64,000 nucleotides of DNA from Bugula neritina (Eukaryota > Animalia > Bryozoa). The notes beneath the pieces were generated by a model. The model worked only from the letters and a program-made list of their open reading frames with translations. It did not search any database and was not told the DNA's origin. The stretch covers positions 12,595,675 to 12,659,674 of the forward strand of contig OZ037768.1 of the NCBI GenBank assembly GCA_964035545.1, written 5' to 3'. Position numbers and translations under genes: made by a program. Positions 27,827 to 41,783 of this stretch are shown in pieces. Position 1 is the first letter of the stretch. The number at the start of each line of letters is the position of its first letter.

Positions 27827-29423
27827 GTGAAGCCGTCTGCAACTTGAGTAAATTATAATAGCGCTAAATTTTTAATGGTAAATGTAATTATGAGCGAACT
27901 AATATCAATGAACTTATTAAAATTCTATGACTGTAATATAACATACATAATATATGAAAACTGACCAGAGTTACAATTCAATAACTTGTGAGAGAGTTAT
28001 TTTTTTGTACACCTATGACCATTCCACCCCCCCCTCCCCCCTACTATTATTTGAATAACCTGTGAGAGAGAGAGTTATCTTCTCTCTACTATATTAACTG
28101 CTCTTATGAACCTCTAATGAAATGGAATTCTATAAACCAACTTCAAACTTATGTCAGACTGCACTGGCTAGTCAGAAAGATACTTCATATTCCAGTAGCC
28201 TTATCAGACTTGCAGGCCAATAATGTACCCCATGTAGTGCAGAGTAACTGTTACTCATTGCTTTGCTTTATTAAATGAAAACCTGAAAAATCAGTCATGT
28301 TATATCAGTTTTCAGATTCACAGCCCGATGTGAATAGATCTATTCTCAAATACAATATTTTTAACAAGAAGACGGTATCAATAATCAATACAGGAATATA
28401 TATAAGGAGTGAAGGGTGACATAACATGCTATTAGTAATTTAAGTTTATCACTAATGGTCAACCTTTTCATGTTCTTTAACAATCCAAAAACTAGGCTGC
28501 TTGACTAGTGCCAACATGCCACATGACTAATTTTGACACTGATTTGCAAGTGCTGTAACATGCTGATAGTTTACTACTAGAAGAATATAGAGTAAACTAT
28601 AAATTAGTCTTGAAACATATATACTATATATGATGAACTGTTTTTAATTGTCAATAGAAAGCAAGTACTGTGGAATATTCAGTCTTATAAAGGTAGAAAA
28701 TATACAATAACTGCTACCACAGAGCCATCAGTACTGTATGATGGATAATATTATCAACAATTCTACAATAACAAATGTATGAATGAGATGGTAATGTACA
28801 TAACCAACCAGTGTTACTAGGTCGGGAGAACTGACCAATCAGCTGTCTTTTTTCACATGTCACTTTGTAAATAAAATAACTAGATGCGTCTTCTGTAGAA
28901 ACTACTTCTTTTCCGCATCAGTCTACTTTCCTATAATGAAGAACAAAAGAAGTGCGGAGACAACTTTAGATGAATAGATATTATTCAAAACAGTAGAATA
29001 TTGTATCATGATTACTAGTTGCTTATGAGATATCGAAACCAGTAATATAAACCAAGGCTTAGGGAATAAACTGAAAGATAAGAAATGAGTTTGGCAGGAT
29101 AAACATACTTGACAAAAAATTAAGTTGAATTAGACAAAAATGGAAGGAAAGAAAAGCTGAACTAGTTCTTGTGTGTGATGTCACATTAAATAAATTGACA
29201 AATATTATTGGTCAAAACAGTGTTATTCTATGCTATCACTTAACAGTTTTTCCAACATTTCCACATATTCTTGCTTTGGCAAGTGTTTGAATTTTAGGAA
29301 TCGGAAAGTTCTGAAGTTGTCCCTACCTGATATAATATAACGGACAAGTCTGAAGCATGGACTGCATTAGCTTACAAAATATCATAGGAGGGACATAACT
29401 CCTATTATATACATAATACCTGT

Positions 29424-30118
29424 TCAGTTGAGTTGGTAGAATAGGACTTTCTTCTTATCAGATCTGGGTACAATCAACATGTCTTTATACACATGGAGAT
29501 CAAATGATCTACTATCACTCTTAACAGTTGCCTCTTCTAGCATAGACATCTGTCTACTTACATTATAACAGGTTTACTATAGCCTAAATATATTATATAT
29601 CCAGAAATTGAAGGAAAACATACACGCGCCTACAAATTGTTTTAATATATTTTAGTCTAGTGCTAACCACACTGTATTCCATGGTTGGGGTGAAATTAGT
29701 ATTTTGTAATTGTAATTGGTTGTAATTATTCACATTTTTTATAAATAATTGAATGTAATTAATAATTGATGTGTAAAAATGTATATGTAATAACAATATC
29801 AGGAAACTCAAGCAAAAAATTTGGCCCTACATTCTCTTCCATTCGCCCATAAAAGCATTTCACAATAACGTGAATTTATAGCAATTGCGACCATCACGTG
29901 GAAAAGTTGAGAAAAAAACAGTCATCGACTGATTTAACAAAGAGTTATGGGAAGGAATTACCTCATCATGTTTTCTACAAAATAGTTCACTGCAAACAGT
30001 GCAGTAGGTCACTGCTGGTACTTTCTCTATCCCTTTCTTTGTGCAGATGGCACATGTCACACAGTTGTCCTCTACATCAGCAGAAGGCAGGCTTTCTATA
30101 CTAACGTCAAATACTTCC
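29424..30118 (-). pseudogene. Relic B-box (TRIM-like) gene, copy B: exons 30118-29962 and 29557-29424
   Basis: Intact 157 nt B-box exon with no ATG (ATA GAA AGC at the probable start position). The acceptor of the terminal exon is mutated AG to AA. Confidence 0.65.
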
Positions 30119-33100
30119 CTGAAGAACAACACATAGGCTGAATAAAACTTCTGAAATGACTATTCTGAATACATCACAATAGAGTGGCACTAGATACCTT
30201 TTTATAATTGTTAGAAATATAAATATTGCTTAAATTTACTTAGCATGGATTCGATTTGTTTTATAATGACTATGCAATGTTTTGTTACTAGCTAAAATAT
30301 ATAATCTAATGTAAATGTGTTTCCAGCTGTCAATGTGCAGCACATGCTACCCAAGAATCACTATGCAAAAGTGAGAGTTCGTTTTAGATTACACATTTAC
30401 CTGACTGCTAATTATATTTTTAAACAATAAAGAAAATCACAATTTTCGAAAAATAAATTGCTTACAAATAAATGGTAGAATTAAATTTAAAGCTTAGTTG
30501 GTTAGTGGTAATTATAATATTAATACTAATAGCAATACCATTACTATTATTACTAGTACTACTAGTAGTAGTATTACTAATACTAATGTTAGTAGTAGTA
30601 GCAGCAACATTAACAGTAACAGTAAGTGTAACACTAACAGTAGAACTAGTATACTAACAGTACTACTAGCACTACTACTTGTAGTAGTACTAGTAGTATT
30701 ACTACTATATTAGTATTACTATTACTTAGTATTAGCAGTAACAGGAGTAGCAGTAGTCGTAGACGTAGTAGTATTAGTAATAGCAGTAACAGCAGCAGTA
30801 CTACAACTACTACTACTAGTGATAACAGTACTAGTACTAGTAGTAGTAGTAGTAGTAGTAGTAGCAGTAGTACTACCGTATCAGTACTAGAGACTGAGGG
30901 TGAGACTGAGAGTAGACTGTAGTCGTAGAGTTAGAATGTAACTGTAGAGTTGGACTTGGAGTACCCTTAGATGACGACATAGTTTTAGTCTAGTAGAAAA
31001 CTAATTACTAAGCAGTAACTTACCAGCTATACATACTTATAGAGATAGCAATTACATTTACTGTATCGATATAACTACGCAAGGGTTGCAGAATTGCTTA
31101 CAGTTACTATAATTATTTAATAATCAGTTTGACTTGAAAGCAAAAATTAACGTTTATGTTTGCACGTGCTGGAAAGCTCTTCGCGTTTGTTGAGGGAGGA
31201 TAACTCCGGTTGCTTCGAAATTACATGAATTATTTTTCATAGCTACATAAGTTACAACTATTGGATAAATTTGAGCACGATTAGCAAATTTTTAAAATAT
31301 TCTATTTTAGGCTGAATTTTGTGTTGTTTTCTTTTAGATTCCAGATATGTTTGCTGAGTTATGTTGGCTTTTTCTGTATGTGAATGCTTATACCAAGCAA
31401 CTGTGACAAGACATGACAATGACTCCAGCCAATCATCGCTATGAGAAATATGTAATTTTGAAACAATCGGGGTTATCCTCCCTTAGCAAGCGCAAAAAAG
31501 CTTTCCAGCATGTGCAAAGATAATTTTTGCTTGCGCATTTAACAGACGCTAGCTAAGATATGCAAGCGTAGAAATACACAAACAATCTAAATTTCAAAAC
31601 AAAATCACTCAACCATACACCACAACGACCTGATAAGCATAGCTTGCATTACGTGAAACAAATTTACCTATAGTGGATAAAATGAATATATTATAAGTTT
31701 ATCATATATAGTATCAATACAAAAAAAATATGTATATTTGCACTTGCATTAACTTTGCTTTATATTTCACTCAACCTTTTGCTTACCAAATTTATATTAT
31801 AAGTTTTTACCATGTATTAATTTAATTCAACTGAGATATTATGTCTCTTAGAAATACTATATTAATAGAATGTACTCGATTATCAGATAATACCACCTCA
31901 GGCTATTTATAGTCGCTAAACACCTCTGCCAACAAATCCACTATAATGCAACTCCTTGTATCACTGTTAGGTCATTAAACAACCAGTCATTAAGTTTTAG
32001 GCAAATTTTCTACTCCTGTATTTTCATATATACAGGGTTTATAGGAAAAAAGCCAATATTTTAAGCACATATTATTGTCACTCACTCTTTCTCTTCTCAC
32101 ATGTTTAATACTCAATAAAGCATATTACAATAATACTAAATTTACTAATATAACACCAGATTCTTTACATTCAAAGAAAACAAATCAACACCTATTGTGT
32201 GAGATAGTTATGCTGGTACAGGGGGTGGTAGCAGTGATCCCTTTTTTTGTTCAACTTCTGTTTTTGGCAGAATGAACATGATTTGCATTTCTCCTCTAGA
32301 AGGTTTCAATAGAGACTGTTAAGTACAACGGACATATCTTTCCAAAGCAGCTGGCAGCTACAATCAGTTGTGCATAACTTTAGTAGTAGACATTTTCCAG
32401 CTACATTTAATTGAGATTATAGTTATTATTTAATGGGACTCTGGTTTTTAAGTTTAAAATCCAATGTAATTACAACAGGTGTTTAAGCACACTGTATGCT
32501 AATATTATTATTACATTGTTATAAATATAATGTAATTAAATAGATTGCCATTATGTGTTAAACACAGCAACTTTATAATTATATTCCCCGGAGTAATAAC
32601 TCCTAAAAATATGTCACAATTACCTATGTATATAAATACTGAGTGGTGCCATCACACTTAGAGAATCATAATAAATAATTTATCAAATCAAGATTTGCCA
32701 AGCAGATATCTTTTGATAATTATAATAACTCTGCTACACAAACTGAAAAATTTATTTTCATCAGTTTAGAAAGCACAAACTATTTATTTTCAATTATTGG
32801 TTTTGTTGTAAAATTAGACTGACATTTTCAATTTCAGACATTTTTGTCACTATAATAGCTGTTTTAGAATTTTCTATAATCATACTTATCCATGACTGGT
32901 GTTTGGTATTGAATATAATTAGTGTGGTTCACCATACCCATTAACAATACATGCAAAAGTCATTTATGTAGAAATGTCAATGAGCATGAAAGGTTGATTT
33001 GTGTACATTTATTTCTTTAATAACAAAAGACAGTTTATCCATAAATATTGTAAAGCGGAAAAGAAACGCTATGCTGCTGTATAAATAAATAGATAACCAG

Positions 33101-33458
33101 ATGTATATAACTTTACAGCAAGTAATTTCAATAGACAATTAACATCATCTTAAAATAGCTAAGGTTAGCTATTGTATCTCAAAAACAGGAATAAAATTAT
33201 CGTTGTTTGCTAAAATGCTGCTAAGTAAATTGCTTTACAACATTAAATTACAAATATTTCTACAAAGTCAAACGTGTTTAATTTCCCATATCAAAGCAAA
33301 CCCAAAAGTAAGTGAAAAATTGAACTTGGACAACGCAAACGCAAAGACATGCAAAATTTGTCAATTTATCAAAAGTTTTAAGTCAGAATATTGGTTCTAG
33401 CAATCAGCCTAATGAAAAAGAATGTTGTGTTTTCAATGTAATATGAGTTAAAGAGTAT

Positions 33459-36400
33459 TAGTCTAGAAGTAACCTCCCAAAAAGTGCTCAAAAAATTGAC
33501 TTATTGCACTTTACTAGGTGGCCACTCAAAAAAATTGTTTTTAGATTAAAATTTTGTGCTGATTCTGAATCTACAAACTATAAAATTCTATCTTCACCCA
33601 AACTCAAGATATTGCAAAAAACAAATCGACATCTTGAATGAGTCATGATAAAAAGAAATGTGGATTGTGCAAAACAGTATCCAATTTTACCAAGCTCTCT
33701 TGAAGAAAGAATATTTGCTAAAATATCAAAAATAATTGCCTCTTACCTAGAATTCTATGCTGATGCTGAATTTAAAGACTGCAAGAAGCTATCTCAAATT
33801 AAAACCAAGTTGTTTACGTAAACATATATGTTTGTTATGTATCGACATATTGCATGCAGCGTAAGCATACAGAATAATGGTATGACCAAGCCATTTATAC
33901 AAAAACAAAAACAAAGTTATGCTGATGTGTGAAAAAACTATATTTATAAAATTATAGCACAAAATAAATGTTGAAATGAATAAATATTCAAATCTTTTGA
34001 ACACAGCCCAAGTGAATCATTTGCTAGTCTGTCAGTAGCCGTTAAACATCTACAAAAATCAACAAGTATCTGTAAAATTATTTAGAGAAACAGAAGCATG
34101 AGAGATGATCAAAATTGAATTGTTTGCAGCAAAATATATAACAAATGTCTAACAATAGTGCTTTATTAGGAAAAAGTATTCTCGTCACCATTGTCACTGT
34201 CTTCAGTCTCATCAGCTTCTTCTTCCCCAATATAGCGCTTCTTTTCAGACAATCCTTACATTGACAAGCATCAGCGAATGCACTGCATTTGAGACTTCTG
34301 GCATCCACATCTTGATATGTTGCAGCCGGTCTTACAGGAGCAGTTCAAACTTTGCAAAATACATGTTCAGGTGCGGGAGCTTGAATCATCCACTTTATAT
34401 TTATGCTGCCATGATTCTCAACAATCTACCCATAATGTTCTGGGGTGGTCCATCAATATAGGCTGTTGTCGATCACCCTTCTCCAAATGGCTGCCTGATA
34501 ATTTGCTCTTTTTAAGTGCAAATTTAATTCATCTTTCGTCCGAGGCACACTGTATTGAGTTATTTTAGATGGTGAAGGAAATACAGTGTATTGGACATTA
34601 TCTGTATTTGAATTTTCTGCTCCATAAAGTTTACACACAAATTGTTTTACTTTAGCTTGAAATACTTTTCGAGGTGTTCAAAGCTTCCCATACATTCTGG
34701 ATGTTTTCTTAAAAGAGAGTAGGCTGTGCGCTATCTTTTTTCATAAAAAGCACTATAGTCGAATCACAACCTGTTAAAGCATGAAATCTAGTAAGTTCTG
34801 CACACAACTGCGGTCAGGATTTATTTGCTGCAATGTTGACATCCAAATACCTAATATGATTGTGATTTCTTCCATATATTAATATTATCTATTTAACTGT
34901 TGTATTGATTGCTAAATAGCTATAATATGCTAACAGCTATAATAGCTAACATGAATTATTTAGAATAATATTCTATTATTTTTACAAATTTGTGTGGGAC
35001 AAAAAGTAGTAATATACATTAATAATAGACACCATCTTTAATAGATACTTATTAACAAAATGTCTTTTCAAACAACGTACAAGATGTATAAAATATACAA
35101 AATTAATAAGTTAAGGCAGATCAAAGGAATTAATTTATGTGCTAAATAACAAGCAATTAATCCAATTTTATTTGAATATACATATATTTTAATAATATTA
35201 AAACAGATTGCACATAAAAATACATTTTACCAAAATAAATAACTAGCATCTAAGTAGGCAAATTAGCCTAACCTCTATCTGGGATGATACCACGATTACG
35301 ACACCTGCGAAGAAATATAATTGGCAAAAAGGTAATGTCTAGCAAATATAGCGAGAATTAAGATGAAAACATCTGTGTCTTGGGCTTATGATATTCATAA
35401 GATATTTTGCATGTAACAAAGTTTGTGTACCTGCTTCCTCGTGATCTGATTGTAAGCCGTTGAGTTCTGTTTTCTTAGGAATTCCACCATGTTTGAAAAA
35501 ATCTAACTGAATGCAATTTTTGTTTGGTATGCAACAGCTATAATAACAGTATTGTTCTCTAAAGTATTTCTACTCCATTTTTCACACAAAAATGCACCAG
35601 TCTCTAATGCAGCTTGTTCTATTTGCTAATAAGAAAATATTTTTGTGACAAATGACACACATGAAAAAAGTACATGCCTATGATTTTTGAATAGGACAGC
35701 CCAAGATCATTTTTTTATAATGGGTTGCTTAAATATAACCATATACCTATATATAAAATTATAGGAAAACTTTAGGGTATTTCTTTTGTAACTATAACTG
35801 AGCTAAATTGACTCTAGAGTCATTATATTAAGATAGTATAAAAATATGCATTTTAACCAATAGCATTGTTTTAAAAACCAAATCGCTTATGTATATATAG
35901 TTCGGCTTAAATTTGTTGGCAAAGCTCAATCGTACACATTTAAAAATATTATCTTCCGAAGTCTAGACCAACCTGCTCATGCTTCTCATTACTTTTTGCA
36001 AAAGTAGTTATTATAAAAAAAATTGTGAAGAAAATCATTATCAGACACAGATTAACTTAAAATTTGGCTCTTTCACAGCTAATCAAAAATAATGTTTGCT
36101 TCATTACTAAAATACCCATTCCTTTGCTTGTTTTCGTCCATATAGTCTACATTTTTTCAGATGTTTTCACAAGAAAATCACCAGATTTAAACTCAGAGAA
36201 GTGAAAAACACATCTATGATTATCTGCAAAAGTTTTTGCTTGTATATATAATAAACTAGCTTCAACAATTTCAAGATAATACTCAACAGATTTGGACAAA
36301 GCTATGGGGAAACAACTCCTGTAAAAGTTTAAAGAGCTTTTGTGACTCACTAGGTCGACAAAGAAATTTAGAGTTTTTATAACAAAAAAAGTGAGAAAAG

Positions 36401-36668
36401 TATCTATAATTATCAACAAAATTATTTTGCTTATATAAAATAAATTAGCTTTAATAATTTAAAGATATTTAGCAAACTCACAAAAACGTTGAGAGAAGAC
36501 AACTCCTGAAAAGTTTAAAGCGATTTTATGGCTTACTGGGTGCACAGAACAGTCTAGAGTTTTCACAGATTGATTAAGACCTTTAAAACTCTCCATTTCT
36601 AAAAAAAGTGCGTGGCCACCTTTCGGAGTGTATTGAGTAAAAGATAATTGGAGGTTACTTCTAGACTA
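33459..36668 (-). mobile_element. Academ-like DNA transposon, internally deleted
   Basis: 19 bp TIR TAGTCTAGAAGTAACCTCC. Absent at the equivalent unit-A site (~13548). Decayed minus-strand coding at ~34240-34860: FHALTGCDST, LHLKRANYQAAIWR, PEHYG*...KWMIQAPAP, CSCKTGCNISRCGC...CQCKDC. Confidence 0.82.
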
Positions 36669-36894
36669 TGTAATATATTATATTCATCTAAGCTTGAAGT
36701 ACAAGAGCAGTGTGGTATATTTAGGAGTGTTGCCTTTAAACCATTAAAATCATTATGCCGTTATTGGTACCGCGAGTTTATATAAGTTATAAAGGAAAAA
36801 TTTTGCCACTTTTGTGATTTTATTTTATTTTTTCTTTTCTGTGTCCATTTTTTTAAATTTTTTTTATTGGTAAAGTTTTTAAACATATTTTCAA

Positions 36895-37895
<1,001 letters not shown>

Positions 37896-37896
37896 C

Positions 37897-39110
37897 CTTG
37901 TAGAAGAGATCCTGTTAAAGTATGGTGCTAGTCTTTGTTCAACTTCCAGAGCCGGTTTTTCTTCAGCTGACAGACATAGTGGTCAGGTAAATATTGTAAA
38001 ATGTTTGTCAAAAATTGAAGCAGAAGTTTGGTTAATATACCAATGCCATAGTACATTTTATGATGAATTGACCCCAATACACTTGTACATGCAGAAAAAC
38101 CATACTCTTATAGCAGAGATCCTGTTAAAGTATGGTGCTAGTCTCTCCTCAACTGCCGGAACCGACTTTTCTTCAGCTGACAGGCATAGTGGTCAACTTA
38201 ATATGATCAACTTTCTTTCAAAACATGAAGTAGAAGAAGATTTAGCCCTTACATTATCTGTTATAAAGTCATCATGGTACATGGTACATTTTAGGACAGC
38301 CATGTTAATGTTCTGCTTACTGTTGAACTACATAACCTATAAAAAGAATTGTTGTATTTTCTCGAATCTAGAAACCCTCATCACAATGTTAGTAAGAGTG
38401 CTTACATTTTGTTAATTATGTTCTTTATTCTAATCTCTGATGATTCATAAAGTCTACTAAACGGTTACTAGTGATTGTGTTTACAGAATGGCTACACGCC
38501 TCTACATTATGCTGTGGGAAAAGGTGACATGGATATCGTCTGTGCTTTGATAGAGTATGGCGCAAGAGTAAGCGCAGAGTCGGAAGATGGGTTCACCCCC
38601 CACACCTTGCTGTTAGGGATGGACTCATTGATATTGTATCGATGCTGTTGGAAAATGGTGCTAGTCCCAACTGTTATACCAAAGTAAGTCTATTTTTTCC
38701 AAACAGCTAGCGATGTTACAGTTACTTTTTGTGATCAACTGCCAGTGCGGCAGCATAATGTTGCAATGTTGCAACTGCAACTGTTATACCAACTGATTAT
38801 TTTCGTGAACTATGATCCTTATCATAAAGTGGAAAACATAAAATTGAAAGCTTTGCTTATTAAATATTATTTGAGTATTGAATATTGAATATTTGATCGA
38901 GTTGCTACTGCTATGGCATATTTTAGGACGGATTAACCCCAATGCACATGTGCAGGCAAAAAAACCATGCTCTCATAGCAGAGATCCTGTTGAAGTATGG
39001 TGCTAGTCTCTCCTCAACTGCTAGAACCGGTTGCTCTTCAGCTGACAGACATAGTTGTCAACATTATATGATCAATTTTCTTCCAAAATATTAAGCAGAA
39101 GGAAATTTAA
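37897..39110 (+). pseudogene. Inverted ankyrin exon cluster in unit B, including a frameshifted NGYTPLH exon
   Basis: Two tandem ANK units, then an inverted copy of ~25960-24960. Exon 38487-38683 lacks one base (accccccacacc vs acccccctacacc). DGLTPMH exon from 38927. Confidence 0.78.
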
Positions 39111-41783
39111 AGTTTTTTTTAGCATGAAGATAGATAAGAAATTGGTAAGTTCTCCAAGTTTGCATGGCCCGATTCCATGCTCCCACAAATTTGAAGCATA
39201 GAGCATGTTTCTTGCAATAACATTGAGTTATGTGCGTACTTGCAGTTATCCATCACATTATAGATGCTATCTGTTGTCTCAGTATGGATATAGGACCATC
39301 ACCTATTATATGAAGACCAGTTTCTCTTTAGTAATAATCTAAAACATTCCATCCAGCTGGCTGGTGATGGTCAAGCCGGTAGTTTGTCTAAGACTGAGAT
39401 TTGTAATACTTAGCTCTCTGATGACTATATTCTTCCAGATGAGGTTTGCTACTCCCAAACATCTCTCGTTACATATAAACCTACCTTGTTGAACTTATTT
39501 TCCCATTCACATTGAGGTTGGAAAATGTTACTTGCATTTGTTGTTCTGTTTTCTTCAGTGATGTTCCAAATTTTCCAATTACTAAAACTCGTTCTAGAAT
39601 TCCTTTTAATTTATTGAGTATTTTTTTCATGCAAACTTAACCCTAACTGATGATCGAAGTTCAAAAGTCTCTGGATAATCCTAATATAATTCTTGCAGTA
39701 TAAGTATATTAACCCTCAACATAGCTTCATGACAATAACGCTTTCTGTAAAAATGTACACAAATAGAGATGATGTCATACAACAATGGCATTCTAGATTC
39801 AATTTAGAAATTGTTTGAATCTACTATTACTCTACTTTCAATATAATATAATAGGACTCAGTAGCAAACATTTTAGTTTTGTAAAAAATTGATGCAAATT
39901 TGCTGTTTTTCCATAATATTTTAAATGTTAGAATAGATTTATTTTCAAAGTATTTCAAAGCAAAGTCATTAAACTGGAATTAAAATCAAGTATTTGAATC
40001 TTTAAGTCCCTGCAGAGTGCAAGCAGTTTACTGGTCATAATGTTTATTAGCAACTGTTTTCAAACCCACTTGAATTTTCTTCAAATGAGCTTTGTTGACA
40101 GTGAGTAAATTGTGCGCCACTAAATACAAGCAGTGATCAGAGCTAGAAACTAGTGCATGATGTATTGTTGCAAATTTATGAGGATAACTAACTACGTGTG
40201 GGTTACTAAGATGATCTAATCACGTAGGGTTATGTGCCTGTGTGTCAGCTATCAGCGGTATGCTGCAATATTTGTGACAGATAGCAAGAATAATACAAGT
40301 AAGAAAAACTACGTTATGCAAAAGTCACATCACAATATTCCAATGGACTTCTTTCTATGAACTGTAGCTAAGGGGCATGGCTTCGGTTTAAGTGACTGGA
40401 GTACGGAAGGGAGAGGGCGGAGCAAATGAGCAAACCACAATTTATTTTAGTGAAATACATGTATATTCCTTCAATGATATAATATATAGTGAATATCATG
40501 ACTATCTACTAGTAGCAACAGCAGAGTGTTTTGTATTAGGCATAAAATGGCAAAGCTCTAACCTCACCAGATGTATATATTACAGGAGCTTCACCTTGTA
40601 GTTTTTGCAGTCTTGCCATGATGTCTTTGATATTTTACAGAATGGTTAAAATGGCTATATCTATAGACTTTAGTAACATTTCAACGAACTTTTTGGGCAA
40701 ACAAACTAATAACAGTGATCAGGGTGCAATTGTGCCTCATGTGGCCAAATGGAAAATAAATGTGCCTCAAAGAAAATTTATTTTAAAGTTTGCTGTTATA
40801 CTTGTTAAGCGATGTAGAGACAAGATATGGCAACAATATCAGTAAAATCTAGGCTTGTTTTCTTTGAGTGTAAACAGTTATAAAGCTTTAAGTACATCTA
40901 AAAAAATTTTGCAAAAAGTAGGTAAAACAGTTTTTCACTCGCCTTTTCAACATGTATGTTCCGCAAGTGTTGAAAATACAATGGCTGAATAATTATGTCA
41001 ATACCTTTTTATGAAAAAAATTACAACTCGAAGTCAATGAGTTCTCTCACAATTTGGACGGCTTTTGTACCCCTATGACCGTTGTGGCTGGTTGGCAAGT
41101 TTTTATAATATTCGTTTTCATCCCTCACTAACTTGTGGTAAAATGTATAATCAGTGTGGTTGACTATGCTTATCAACATTACATGAACCAGGGATTTATG
41201 TGGAATACTTAATCAACAACAAAGTATGTTTTGGTGTACACTTTATATGTGTGTATTGAATGAGGAAAATAATTTTACCCTCAGATATATTGCACAGACT
41301 ATTACACACTATTGCTGCTCTATATTATACATATGTGATTATGTGTGATTACGCAAGAAAATGTATATAATTACACAAAAGTGCTTTAAATAGACAAATA
41401 TAGGTGAATATAGGTAAGATATTAGAGCAAGCAGTATACACTCAACAAGTATTTAGAAGTAAACATTGGGAAAAACACTTGAAATTAGTATCAAAACCAA
41501 AGATTTTAGTTTGTTTGATGCCAACTTCATAGTCAAATATGTTTTGAAGTTTCCCTTTATGTTGGAGAATAAGAATCAAAATAACAACTTGATGACCGGA
41601 TAAAGTGTCGAGGCCCAAAGCATTGAATAAAGCACACTTCATTTTAAATCACAAAAGTAGCTTGAGAGCAAAGAACTTATTCTTTTTCAATGCAACATAA
41701 TAAATATTTATATATAGCAGTTAATGATAATAATGTCTTTTATATAGTTTTCTATATAATCTTCACATAATACTTTTAAAACT

